DNA from: Monocercomonoides exilis PA203
Lineage: Eukaryota > Protista > Preaxostyla
Reading direction: 5' to 3'
DNA length: 64,000 nucleotides
Assembly (NCBI GenBank): GCA_001643675.2
Contig: LSRY02000061.1
Span: 62,001-126,000 of the forward strand
Shown: in pieces, positions 35,676 through 48,900 of the stretch
Layout of the letters: each line of letters starts with the position of its first letter
Position numbering within the stretch: position 1 is the first letter of the stretch
Made by a program: the position numbers and the translations under genes
Notes under the pieces: model-generated
The model's input: only the letters and a program-made list of their open reading frames with translations
Database searches by the model: none
Told to the model about the DNA's origin: nothing

Positions 35676-38600
35676 ATGGAGCAACCCCTCTCCAACACAG
35701 ATACTATAAAAGTATTTGTTGGGCAAGTCCCAAAAAACCTAAATGAATTAAGTATTGTGCCTATTTTTGAACAGTTTGGGGAGGTGGCAAATATTGCAAT
35801 CATCAGAGACAAGGAAACAAAACAACACAAAGGTTTTTTCGTGTTTCGAAATTTATCTTTCAACAATAATTTAATATTTTCATTGCACTTTTATAAAGGA
35901 TGTTGTTTTGTATTTTATAGATCGTATAGTTCAGCTATGAATTGTATTGAACAATTACATAATAAATATCAATTTCCAGGGGTTTAAACAAAGATATTAT
36001 TTAACATGTTGTTAAGCATTGTTTTCTGTTTTATTTTTTAGGCTTCTGGGAAAGTGCAAGTCCGATTGGCTGATTCAACGGATCAAAGACCCGAATTTAA
36101 ACTTTTTATTGGAAATCTTCCAACTGGCACAAATGAAGAACAATTGCAAAAACTTTTTCAACCATATGGAGATATATACGATGTACATATTAACCCATCG
36201 ACACTTGGCCCTGGCCGCGTTTCAGGCTTTGTGAAATATTATGAGCTTTCTTCTGCTCTTCAAGCAATTGATAGTTTGAATGGAATTGCTTTCCCGAACA
36301 GCGTACTTCCTCTTGTTGTAAAATTTGCTAATTCCGAGAAAAATAAGGAAGCAAAACGAATCAACACGATCAGAGCAGCAACGGCAGGGAGGGGAGGAGG
36401 GATCTCATTTGACAATTTGGGGCGACCTGTTGGAATGCAAATTGGAAGTTTGAAGATTTCTGCCAACGCAAAGGAATTTGTACCGAAAGGGGCTGCAGCT
36501 CGCCTTGCGGTACCTTCTCGTCCTTTGCTTCATTCAAACAGTATTTTGCCTGGGGCAGAAACGGAACCTATGATGGGTGTAGCAAACCAGCAGCATTATC
36601 CGCAGGATCCGATGCGAGTGATGTCAACCACTTCGTTCTATGCAGCAGCAACTGAACAGCCTCAACAAGGAGAGCCAGCTACTGAGAAGCCAACTGTGGA
36701 ATCTCTGCCCTTTTCACTGGACGATCTGCCGCCTCCGCCGCCTCTGCGTGATTTGAGTGAGGGAAGCGCGCCAATCACACAGAAACAGCTGCAAACACAA
36801 CAAACACAGCAGACACAGCAACAAGCAGCTCCTCTGATTTCTCAGACTCCTCGACAGTTTGGGACACACGGGATTGCTGGACAGGCAATATCACCACCAT
36901 CTTATCTTCAGATGATGGGTGGAGACATGCAATTGGCACAGACACAGGCACAGACACAGGCACAAGTACAGGGGCAGGGACTTTTGCCTTCTCAGCCTCT
37001 TTTGCCGATTGGAGATGCAACTTCTACAACTCAATCTGCGTCAAATAGTTTATCTTCCAATCTTTCTCTAAATGCTGCTGCGAAGAAACAGGCAACGCAG
37101 AATCAATTAGAAGAGATGCAGAAGATGATGAAGCAGTCGATGGAGATGATGGCAATGTTGACACAGTTGAGAATTCAGCAGCAGCAAATCGCTCTCAATT
37201 CATCTGCTTCATTGGCAGCATCACCTTCTTCTTCCTCCTCTTCTCCTTCATCATCTTCTTCCTCTTCCTCTTCCTCTTTACAACCAAACACCCCCAATGC
37301 TGCTCAGATTAGGGACTCTGTCTTTGAAATGCAGCAGATCCAGCTGATGTTGGCACAGCAGCGCCTTCAAGAGCAAATAGCAACGCTGATGGCAGAACAC
37401 GGACTGGACTACAACCAACTTGCCAGCCAAACTTCTGCTGTTGGTGTGGGCGAACAGAAGGAAGCATCAGCAACAGCAGTTGCAGGAGGAGGAGGAGGAG
37501 ATTCAGCTAATGCAACAATACAACAACAAGGAATGAACAAGACAGGTGAAACGCCATCTGATCCAAACAATGCGAATGACCAGCCATCGATGAGGAAGAT
37601 GCATCAGTCACTTCTTGGTTTTCCTAAGCCTTCAGCCACACATCCCATCCCTTCTTCTCCTTTCTTCCAGACAGAAGCCGCACAGCATTATTATCCCAAT
37701 CTCTTTCCTTCTGCTGCTTTTCCGCTTTTCCCGCAGCCACACTCCAATCAGATTGCAGGGCAGAACACGCCATTAACTCCTCTCCAGTTCCTCTCTTCGC
37801 CTTCGCTTTCGCTTCCTGCTGCTTATCCTGGATCGCTTCCAAATGGTGCAATTAATCCTTCATCATCTTCTTCCTCCTCTTCATCCTCCTCTTCTTCTTC
37901 TTCGTTATCTTCTTCCTCCTCTTCTACTGCTGCCTCCTCTCTTTCTCTCTCTGCCCAGTCTGCCTACGACGATCCTCTTGGCCTCTCAATGCTGGCACAA
38001 TCACCTCATCCTCCTTCATTTCAGTCGCCTTTCCCTTTCCCTTTCTCCTCTCAGACTCGCAACACCCCACCCGCCCACATCCACTCCTCCATCCCTTTCT
38101 CTCCAACTACTTCTGCCTTCGCCCTCACAACACAGTCAAACACTGGAAGTATTGCTGGCTCAACTTCTCCTTCTCCTTCTTCCTCCTCTTCCTCTTCTTC
38201 TTCTTCTTCTTCAGCTCATCTTTCTGGCAGGCCAATGAACTCTTCTGCATCTGCATTTTATCCGCCTTATCATCCGCTTCAGCCAACATCTCCTTCACCT
38301 TCACAGAAAACCGACCTGTTTTATTCAAAGCCTTCGATATCTGATTTCGACTTCACTTCATCTGATTCCTCATCTGAAAGCTCATCTTCCTCTTCATCTT
38401 CATCCTCTTCCTCATCTTCATCAACTTCTTCTTCCACTTCTTCATCTTCCTCATCCTCTTCTTCTCTTTCTGCATCTGCTACAGAATCTGCTTCTGCAGC
38501 AGCCGCGTCATCCTCTTCATCGTCATCATCTTCTTCTTCTTCAAACACTTCTGATTCCAAAAATATATCTGACAATTCACAAACATCGTCTGAGTCAACA

Positions 38601-41600
38601 AGTGCTGAGATATCTGCAGCTGAACAACCAAATGCATCATCATCATCATTGTCTTCTTCTTCTTCTTCTTCTGATAAAAGAAATATCAATCAAACAAAGA
38701 ATTCGTCATCTTCTCCTTCTTCTTCAGCCTCCAATCTCACCTCATCCGTTGCATTGTCCACTGTCGTATCTTCCCCTCTCTCTAAGTTTGAGCTGAATTC
38801 TCAATCATCTGAGACAGGAAGCGATGCAGACAGCAGAACAGCCTCAGGAGAAGAGCAAAAGATGAATAAGATGGCTGAAGTGGAGAAGAAGACAAGACTG
38901 AAGGAAAGCGTGACAGAGGAAAAGAGTGTGAGTGAGGATGGAGTGGGAAGGAGAGAGGAAGAAGAAGAGAGAGATGAAAGTGAAGAAAAGCGGGGAAAGG
39001 GCAAAAATGCTGAAAAGATGAATGTTGCAAGCACAATGAATACTCTGTCCAGTGTCAACACATCTGGACAAGTAACAGCCTCAATGCTGACTGAACCATC
39101 CAACTCAAACAAAGAAGCTGCTTCTTCTGAGACAGATGCGCCTTCCTTTGCCGTTCTTCCTTCTCCGCCTCCGTCTCCTCCACAATCATATTCATCTTCT
39201 TCTTCTGTTTCCTCTTCTGACTCGTCTGATCTGCCTCTTCCTCCTCCTTCTCCCTCTCAGCCACACTCTTCTTCTCTGCCTTCTACTGCTTCTGATTACA
39301 CAGCAAGTCAAGTTATGCAAATGGATGCACAAATGCAAGAGAATGTGATGAGCATGCAAAATGGAAAACTCACTCCTTATTCTCCTTCTTCACTTGCAGC
39401 TTCAACGTCTGCACAAGAATATGACAAAACGAGAACTTTTGGTGGTTCTAATGCTGCTCAACTGTGCAATTCAGATGATGTGAATTGTTCTTCAACGGTT
39501 AAAAGTCAATTTCCTCAGAATGTTTTGCACAATAACACTCAAGTCGAACACTCACAACAACAACAAGGAAAAAGATGGAATCAACAAACTGCTCAGGAAA
39601 GGGATTTAACATTGATGAAAGCAGGAAACAAGAATGGAAATGTGGTTGCCAAACAAAACAATGAAGCAATGCTGCAATCGCATTCAGATGCCTCCACCTC
39701 TGCCTCTCTGTCAGCATTGGTTCCTTCTATTTCCTCCCCATCAGCAAACAAGAAGATGCCTCGTTTGTCTGTGAAAGAGGTGAGGCGCATCCAACGCAGA
39801 CGGTACGAAGACGAGCTCCTTTCTGTGGCGTCTGTGAAGTCATTCGCCTCTCTGCGGTCTTATTCCTCGTTCCATTCACTGAGATACTTCGAAGACAGCG
39901 ATGGAAACAACAACAATGATAATAGCAGTGATGAAGGAAACAGCGACGACGAATACAATTTGTATGGCAGGATGGGCAGAAGCAGAGCAGGAGGGCTGAT
40001 GACTCCTGTCTCGTTGTATGATCCGCTGAGAAGGAGGAAGAAGAGAGGGAAGAAGAGAGGAAGCGGAGCGACGAAGAAGCGGCAGCTGATGCTGCGGGCG
40101 AAAGGGAAAGAGTCGTTCCAGAACTTGCTCAACCGCACACGCAATGATCCTTCTGCTCTTCTGGCTCAGTCACAACAGCAGAGACAAGTAGCTTCGTTGC
40201 ACAGACAGCAGGAGATGGCAAAGCAACTGAATGCAACAGCAGGGGCGCATTTGCTGTCCTCATCAACGATTGCTATGAACGCATCGCCAACACCCACAAT
40301 GCCCTCTTCTTCGTCCTCTACTCTTATGCCTGGTGCTGGCTCACCTTCGCTGATTAGATCTGCTCTGCATTCACCCACTCACACACAAATGACAAGTGGA
40401 GTTACAAGGAATCCATCATCTTTATCTGCCAATTATTCAATTTCACAACAGTCAACCATTTCTTCTTCAAAGGGGTTGGAGCAACAAGCATTATCATCCA
40501 TTGCTCCTCACAGCAATTCCATGCTTTTCTCTCAGAATGTCCTCGCAGCTGGTGCTGTTCCTTGTTTGACGTATCCTCAACCACATCCTCCGTCAACACT
40601 GTCTCCTGATCCTCTTCTTTCTGAGTATCATCGCAGATTGTTTGCTGCGCAGCCTCAAAAAAGAACAAGGAAAGAAGAGGAAAGCAATAAGATTGTGAGC
40701 CAAAGACAGAAGTTATCACAAGATGCTCCATTCAAACAGCAAGTGCAACAGATTCCGTACTCTTCTCAGCGGAAGATGGCGAGCCAGGAGAGTTATCTAC
40801 TTGCTACTCAACTTGGCAGAAGTGCTGAGGTTGTGTCTGGAATGGCTGATGATCCCAGTGCAACAATAGGGATGGCGCAGCAGGAGTTCATTTCTGATGG
40901 AGACGGAGTGTTTGAGAGGGATATCCAGGACAAGATGATGAATGCACAGACACAGAGGAAAGGCAAAGAATATGACGATTTTGTAGAATTTAGCGAAGAG
41001 AACAAGCAAGGAAATGTGAAGAATACGAGTCGTTTGATGCAATTAGGTGGACAAGAAAGGCATCAACTGTATTCAGACAAGGAATATATGCGGCTGCAAT
41101 CCAGCCAATTTAAAGAGGAAGAGGAAGAATTTGACAGTTTTGAAGGGAAAGAAGAGGAATCCGATGAAGAGCAGAAAAGGATAATCCAAATGATGGAAGA
41201 AGAAGCGGAAAGGAAAGAAGCAGAGAAGAAGCGAAAGGAGATAATGGATAAGAAAATGAGTGAGAAGAGAGAGAGAGAGATGAAGAGGCAAGCCAAACAC
41301 GAAAAGGACAAGCAGAACAGAAAAGCTGATCGCAAATCTTCAAACGAAAGAATCAGACAAGAAAAGCAAAGTGTATCAAATGTGTCACTCCCATCTGTTG
41401 CTTCCGCTGGAGATGATGTGTTTCCACCATTGATTGTCAACAAGGCGGTTGGGGAAGGAGGAAAAATGAACAAGAAGGGAAGGGACAATAAAGCTGCTAA
41501 GGAGGAACATGCACTGCAAGCGAAAGGAACAGAAGCTAATTCGAAAATGCAATCATCAGACTTGCTTTTATCTGCTTCAGCCATTCCTGCTTCTTCTGCG

Positions 41601-42509
41601 AATGCTGAGTCGTCAGTTGAACGGGCGAAGCATTCGGAAAAGAAGAAGAAGAGATCGAAATCCAAATCGAAAGAGGCAAAGAAGGATGCGAACAAGAAAA
41701 GAAAATCGCACAGAGAAAAGAAAAGAGAGGAAGAAATTGGATTGTCTTGCTCGGAAACTGACCAGACAAAGTTTGCATTCCACACATCATCTTCCTCTTC
41801 CTCTTCCTCTTCTTCCTCTTCCTCATCTTTCACCACATCCTCGTTGTTTGTTCCGCGGCTTGTTCCTAGCCACTCTTCGTCATCTGACTCATCTGCATCT
41901 TCCTCCACTTCATTCACGTCTGAATCAAAGAGGAACAAATTGCTATTGATGGCTTCTTCAAATGCAGATGCTTCAAATCGTCCTTCTTCTGCTTCCAACA
42001 CCTCATCGTCTTCATCGTCTTATTCACCGAATCTTATCCTTCAGCCAACCATGCCCAATGCAATCGCTGACAGTTTTTCTTCATCTCTTTCCTCTTCCTC
42101 GTCTGAAGAGTCTTCTTCTGATTCTTCGGACAAACCGTTTTCTCTTCCTTCTCAGAAATGTGCTGCAAATCCTTGTGTTGCTTCGACTTCAACTTCTTCT
42201 TCAGATGCTCCATCAACTCAACAAACAAGCTCAAACAGTACATCCACGCAAAATGGTTCTTCTTCTGCCACTTCTACTAATACTACATCTTCATCTTCAT
42301 CTTCATCTTCATCTTCGTCCACTTTGCTTGCAAATGCCCCTTTTCATTCGTCTCGCCCGCTTCCCCCACCAAAACTCACTCACACTTCTTCTTCTGCTTC
42401 TTCTACTCTTTTCTCCGTGTTTGCTTCGAGTCCCAAGCCTTCTTTTCTGCTTTCGGCACAACAGCCTCAGAAAAGGAAAGAAGATAATGAATGCAGTTCT
42501 GTTAAATGA
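35676..42509 (+). CDS. CELF/Bruno-like RNA-binding protein: two N-terminal RRMs, PAM2 motifs and ~2,000 aa of low-complexity tail; introns 35833-35898 and 35982-36041
   Basis: RRM1 reads IKVFVGQVPK...HKG|CCFV...FPG|ASGKVQVRLAD. RRM2 reads KLFIGNLP...SGFVKY...PLVVKFA. A PAM2-like ISANAKEFVP follows. Confidence 0.88.
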
Positions 42510-43340
42510 AGATTAACTTTAGTAAAAACATACATTCTTTTAGTTGTTTCAATTCATCTTTTGAGCGATTTGTAAAGATATTTTTTTTATTCGTTGGTTG
42601 TATTTTGGAAGTTGCAATAAATATTCAGGTGATGCGTTGCTTTGTTCTCGCAGTATTTCAACTTTTAATGATGTAATTTTCGCTTTATCTTTGACTCCGT
42701 CTCAATGCCTGCAAAATCATTTCTTTGAACAATATTACCAAAGAGATATACACAATTCAACCAGGATTTGACAATTTATTAGATTCAGGATTTATAAAAT
42801 ATGCAATTCTAAATGTCTTTTAAATTTATGTCGCTTGCGTTTGTTTTTTTTATTTGAATTAGTCTTCAATGCGTGGTTTTTGTGTAAATTGTTTTTCTTT
42901 CGTAATAGATTTTTCACATCTTCAATAAAAAATGTGATGTACTTTTAAAGATTGACAACAGTTAAATCGTGAAATAAACAATAATCAGATCTTATGAAAA
43001 GAAATAAAGAGAATCAACAAATCGTTTTATCAATGTGACTTTTTGAAAAATCTTTTTCTTCATTTGTTATAATAGAAAACGTTCAAAAGAAAAACCCAAT
43101 AATTATTATTAAATGATTTGGAATTGTATTTAAATAAATCTGAAGAAAATATATTCATCTGATAGCTTTCCCTTTTTTACTTGTTTGCTTAATATTTATT
43201 ATTTTTACAAAAAAATAAAAATATTGTTAAAATCGGTCTTTTTTCTTGTGAAATAAACTTTTTTTTTCCAATTTGCATTTATCTCAACGGTTCAACAATT
43301 TGAATATTATTCCGAGACTGTCTTTTTTTTCTTGTTTGCA

Positions 43341-44082
43341 ACACCATTTATTATTTAAAGTTGTTAAACTTTTTATTCGAAATTGGTCAGCTTCTTATTC
43401 AAAATTAATAAAATTCAGCATTTTTTATAAAAATTTTTTTGATAAAATATGATCACTGGTTGAGTGTCAGAAAGTGATCAAAATGTTTTGTACTTTCATC
43501 ATTTATAAAAAGGATGCGAATTGAGCTCCAATATTTATTATTTGTGAATATGCATGAAATTTTGAGATTTTTCAGAAAAAAATCATCACCTTGGAAATCG
43601 GATAATATTTAAATTATTTCACCTCACTTTAGAAAATAATGAATAATTCAATCGTGAAATGGTATTTGAATCAGTTTTCAAACTGAAAAAAATATTTTTC
43701 ACAACTTAGAAAATCCATTAATGCACTTTCAGAATTTTTCATTTGTTTTTATTGATCTTCTTTGCATATTTAAATATAAATAAAATATTTTGATTGAATG
43801 ATGTTTTGCCAAGCAATGTGAGGTTAATTCGTTTGAAAAATATTTTATTTCCATGGTGATGATTTTTTTCTGAAAAATCTCAAAATTTCATGCATATTCA
43901 CAAATAATAAAAATCGAAGTTTAATTTTTCATCCTTTTTATAAATGATGAAAGTACAAAACATTTTGATCACTTTCTGACACTCAACCAGTGATCATATT
44001 TTATCAAAAAAATTTTTATAAAAATGCTGAATTTTGTTAATTTTGAATAAGAAGCTGACCAATTTCGAATAATAAATGGTGT
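43341..44082. mobile_element. Foldback/MITE-like element with ~240-bp highly similar inverted arms (43341-43598 / 43847-44082)
   Basis: Near-perfect reverse complements, e.g. GATCACTGGTTGAGTGTCAGAAAGTGATC vs GATCACTTTCTGACACTCAACCAGTGATC. The left arm has a 22-bp insertion, and weaker symmetry continues inward to ~43721. Confidence 0.8.
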
Positions 44083-45937
44083 ATCATTTTTATGAAAAGG
44101 AGATTGGGGAAAGTCCTTCCATTGATTTTTCATAAGAATTTGAAGATGGAAATGTTTTATTATTTCATCTTATTCATTCTTAAATCTTGAGACAGATAAA
44201 ACATTTATCTTCAAGGATTAATAAATATTAGTATTTATTCGTGGTGAACACCAAATTATTGATGTGTTTTTTCTCGAGCATAAAGTTTGTTTAGAAGGAG
44301 TCAAAGAGATAAAAGAAGGCAATTTTATATCACGTTAACAGAAATTCAGAACATGATTGGAAACAATCGTTCATATCGCGAATAATGACAAAGTCAGGTT
44401 GATTAATCAATCAAATGCAAAAAATGAAACATGAAAACATTAATACACACCCAAAGGCAATAAAAGCAGGTTGTCAATTGTCAAAGTTGAGCATCTCAGT
44501 TATCAGTTGAGAAAAGGAAAGACAATTTAAAGAAGAAATTCCATCCAAATCGAGATTTTGAATAAGTCTCAGATTCTACAAAGTCCTCAATCTGGCTTGC
44601 ATTTGATATTTGAAGAATTGATTTGTCTGAATACAGATGGCATATGATCGTGCCAGAAAAAGTGATTTTTCTCAATTACGATCCACTTTTGTTTGCACAA
44701 AATCCTCATTCCAATTTTTAATCTTTCGCGTTATCAGCAGAATTTTTTGCCGTTCCATTTTCAAATTCATCAATCCTTCTGCTGGGCCAACAAAGACATA
44801 TCAAAGACATTCTGGTGCCTTTATAAAAATGGCGCACAAACAGAATTGTGTAAATACTTTGTGAAACAGTCAAACACAAATGGCATAAATCCATTATTCC
44901 TTCAAGCAATTGATGCTTCGCTATCTTTCTTGTGATTACTCAGAATGCATCCATTTGCTCAACTGGCACAGAGCTTTTCCACCCGAGCACGATTTCCCCG
45001 AAATACGGCAAACGAAAAAGCTTCAGCTCATCAGATGCAACACCTGCAAATTAACTTGAAAATTTTTACTTTTAACGAAAAACATAAGCAAAAAACCCTG
45101 ATAAATGTTCCGCTTGCAGCTTGCGTTCTCTTTTTTAGTCAAAATGCTCCCATGGAAGATATCCAATTATCATTTTCCATCCAAGCTCTATCGCTTTCAA
45201 TGCACTTTGCAAATAAAAACTTCATTCAATTGCTTTGCTGCTTTGAAGCCTCTGCTCGCGTTCAAAGGCTCTCTTTTCTGAACATTGCACCAAACATTTC
45301 TGCTCCAATGATTTTGCGCAGCATGTCATAAATTTAGCATTCCAAAAAAAAAATAAAGTCACTTGTGCCCTTTATGCCTAAAAAAATGCTTTGTTCTCAA
45401 AAAAAGCATGATTTCCACCTGAATTCTGGTCTGGCTTCGCTCCAGAGCAAAACATAAGATTGAAACATTTTAAAGAGACAATTGAAGCACGTGCCACTTT
45501 TGCTTGCAAATGAGCGAGAAATCGCCAGCTCAAATAATCAAGCACAATTGGAAGACGGGCAACATCTCAAATCCATTAACTCTTCTGATTATCAGATTAC
45601 CTTCATTTTCTTTTGAGATCATCCACTCCATCACCTTCGTCAAAAGCATTATCCAATCGATAGCAGAATTGTGATGTTCAAAGCACCTTTAATGTGAATT
45701 TGAGAAACTTTTGACTCCAGTACAAAACAAAGATTCATAGAAATTGAAGAGTCTATCCCCATCAGCCATAAGTTAACCTCGTTATTCCAGGCATTATCGA
45801 TTTATCTGCGAATTACGATTTTTGAGAAAAATGTCGCCGAATATTATAATGGTTTGAATGAATGCTATTATGGCCGAGCAGATCCTTCATATTTATTTGA
45901 TTTTCGTTTTTTCATTGTTTCTTAGTTGTTCTAAGAA

Positions 45938-48900
45938 ATGATGAGATCCAGTAGATGCAGTTTGATTTCATTTGCTATTGCTGTGCTGTTTGTGCTTGAA
46001 ATGGATGCAGAAATTGTTTCAAAAGAAAATGAGGATTTATTATTAAAAGGCGAGTTGATTACAGATTCATCAAAAGAAAAAGGCAGATACACTGAAATCA
46101 AAAATAATTGCAAGTCTGATTTCAAGAATGATAGGAAACAGAGAGGAAAAAGTGATGATGGAAACAAAAATGAAGAAATTGGTAAAAAGGCAAACCAGAA
46201 GAATGGATTCAACGAAATGATTGACTGTTTTATATGTGAAGGGCTGATTGAATGCAGTACTTTGAATTCGCATTTTGTGGTACTCAACTCGACATTGGAA
46301 GTGTGCTGTGTGCTATTTGTTCAGAAAACATGGAATGGGATGGTTGAGTTGATTGGAAATTCGGTTCTAAAAATTAAGTCTGTTTTGATTGATTTTGACT
46401 CGCAATCAGAAATGTCAGCGTTTGTGGCCAGAGGAGGAGAAATCTATTTTGAAAATATAAGTGCTTTGCCTACTGGCCTGTCTCGACCAATCCAATCATT
46501 TGTGGCCAATGCACAAGATGGAGATGAAAGCACTCTTAAAGTGTCTTTTACGAAGAGCACATTGAGGCAGATAAGCATTGCTTCTTCTTCATCATGCTTG
46601 GTTCAGGGCTCGGCGGGGAATGTCAACATTCATGAATGCTGTTTCATGAATGTGTCTCAATGTATGAAACAAAAAAGAAAAGTTACGTTGCCCCAAAGCC
46701 AGATGAAATGGGTGAAATGCGAAGTTGAGAACAGTGAATTCGTTGGATGCGACAATCCGCAATATGGAGCAGTGATTGTTCCCACAGAAGAAACATTAAC
46801 AATGAAGAATTCATCATTTGAGCGTTGCACGATAACACACACACCAGTAAATGGATCAAGAAACTCTTATTCGTCTGGAGATGTTGTTGCTTCGTCTATC
46901 GTTTTTTCTGATATGACAAGCAAAATCGAACCATGTTTGGCTATATATGCAGAGAAAACAGCAACATTAACAGTTGACAGCTGTGTATTTAGAAATATCA
47001 GTTCGAATATTGATAGAAGTCTGTATGGCGGAGCAGTACACCATGAAGGAAATGGCTATCACAAGTCCAGAGGATGTAATTACACAAATTGTTCATCAAA
47101 ATATGCAGGCGGCGCTCTGAATATCGAGACAAAAGGAGATAAATTCGTTCAAAGTTGCATCATTATTGGAAGCAGTAGCATGCATTACTCTGGCGTCTTT
47201 CTGAATTTTGTTTCGAATAATTCGATATTCAATAACAACCTTGTTCGAGAATGCACTGCAAGTAATTATGGTGCTGGTGCTGGAGTATTTGTTGGAAATA
47301 ACACAGCAATTTTTTCTGAATGCAAATTTTCCTCATGTATTTCCGACAATTATTGTGGAACTTTATCGTTTGTGTGGCTAGAAGAAGGTTCTTCAGCAGG
47401 AATTGTTTACATATATTTCTGTATATTTGATAACAACACAGTTAAAATGAAGGACGGGGGATGTGATATAGGATCGTGGAATGGATCTTATTATATCAAC
47501 AAAGTGGTGAAGGAATCGTTTATATCATCATTTTCATTGAGCACACAATCAGTTCGGGTGATGATTGGAGGAATAAATCACACCGAATGGCTTCCAAATC
47601 CACCAATCGAAGATCTTTTTGTGCATGTTTCATCGGTGCTTGGGGATGACAGTCGGAGTGGTTGTGGATGCGAAGTGATTCCTTGCCAGTCGATCGGAAA
47701 AGGAGTGTTTCAGAGAAAGGATGGTCAGTGGCTGATTGTGAGTGAGGGGGCATATTCACATGATTGTCTTCCTGTTCTTGACATGAATGTTAATTTGAAT
47801 GGAGGGAATATGGAAACATCAACGCTAACCTCTTGTGGAACAGGCAATGGGAAGGCACTGTTTGAAGTGACAACAGGAACGTTGGTGATTGAACATTTCA
47901 CAATTGTCCACTCGAGTTCAGAGTCAGACCCTGGCTCGTCGGTTGCTGCGATGGGTGGAAATGGAAAAATGGAGCTGAGCGATTGCGAGGTGCGCTCGAA
48001 AGAGGAGGACTCCGTCCCATTTACCAAATCGATGATTGTTGTGGAACATGGTTTGGCGACTTTCCGCTTTGTCGGATTCAGGAATTTCAGGAGCACAAAG
48101 CAATTGATATCATTTTCATCACCAACAGTGATATCTGTTGAAGCAGTTGAATTTCATTCGATTACTCGGACAATTGGGGATGGTGCAGTGCTTGAGGTGA
48201 GCGTGAAGAGCGGGGAGGAGCTGTTGCTGAACAACATATCATTCGACAAATGCAAGAGTTGTGGAGGAAATGGGGGAGGAGTGTGGGTGGAATTGGAGAG
48301 AGGAGGCAAATTTGAGATGGGGAATACGAGTGATGTGAGCAAGGGTGTGAGGATGAGGGAGTGTGAGGCAATGGTGAATGAGAGTACAGAGAAAGGTGGG
48401 AGTGGAGGAGGGGCTTATATTAATGTTGGAGATGGGGTAGATTCGTTTGTGCTGAAGAGGGTCCAGTTCGTTGGATGCAAAGCAGCAAAAGGGAAAAGCT
48501 TGTTTGTGAATGCAGAGCAGCTGAGTGGGCTGATCAACAGAAATTCGATTGGGTTTGATCTTGTGCAATCTGATTTGGAAGAACTGAGAGGGAGAGAGAG
48601 CTCGATAATGGATGAGGGAGCGAGTGTTCCGCTTGTGGTATTTCTGTGGACGAACACAACAAGTTTTGGGCATGTCGGGGGAGAAGATGGAGTGGATTTC
48701 AGCAGGTGTGGATTTGAGGAGGCACCATGCTCATCTATGAAACATGCAATCAAGGTGTTGTTTTCTGAGAAGAATCGATTCATCAAGATCCACTCACCGT
48801 TTGTTTTGAGTGAAGAGCTGAGTGTGAACAGTTACGAATGGAATATCACAGGAAGCGAACCAGAAACACAAGTGGAAGTGGAGAGCAGTGGAAATGGGGA

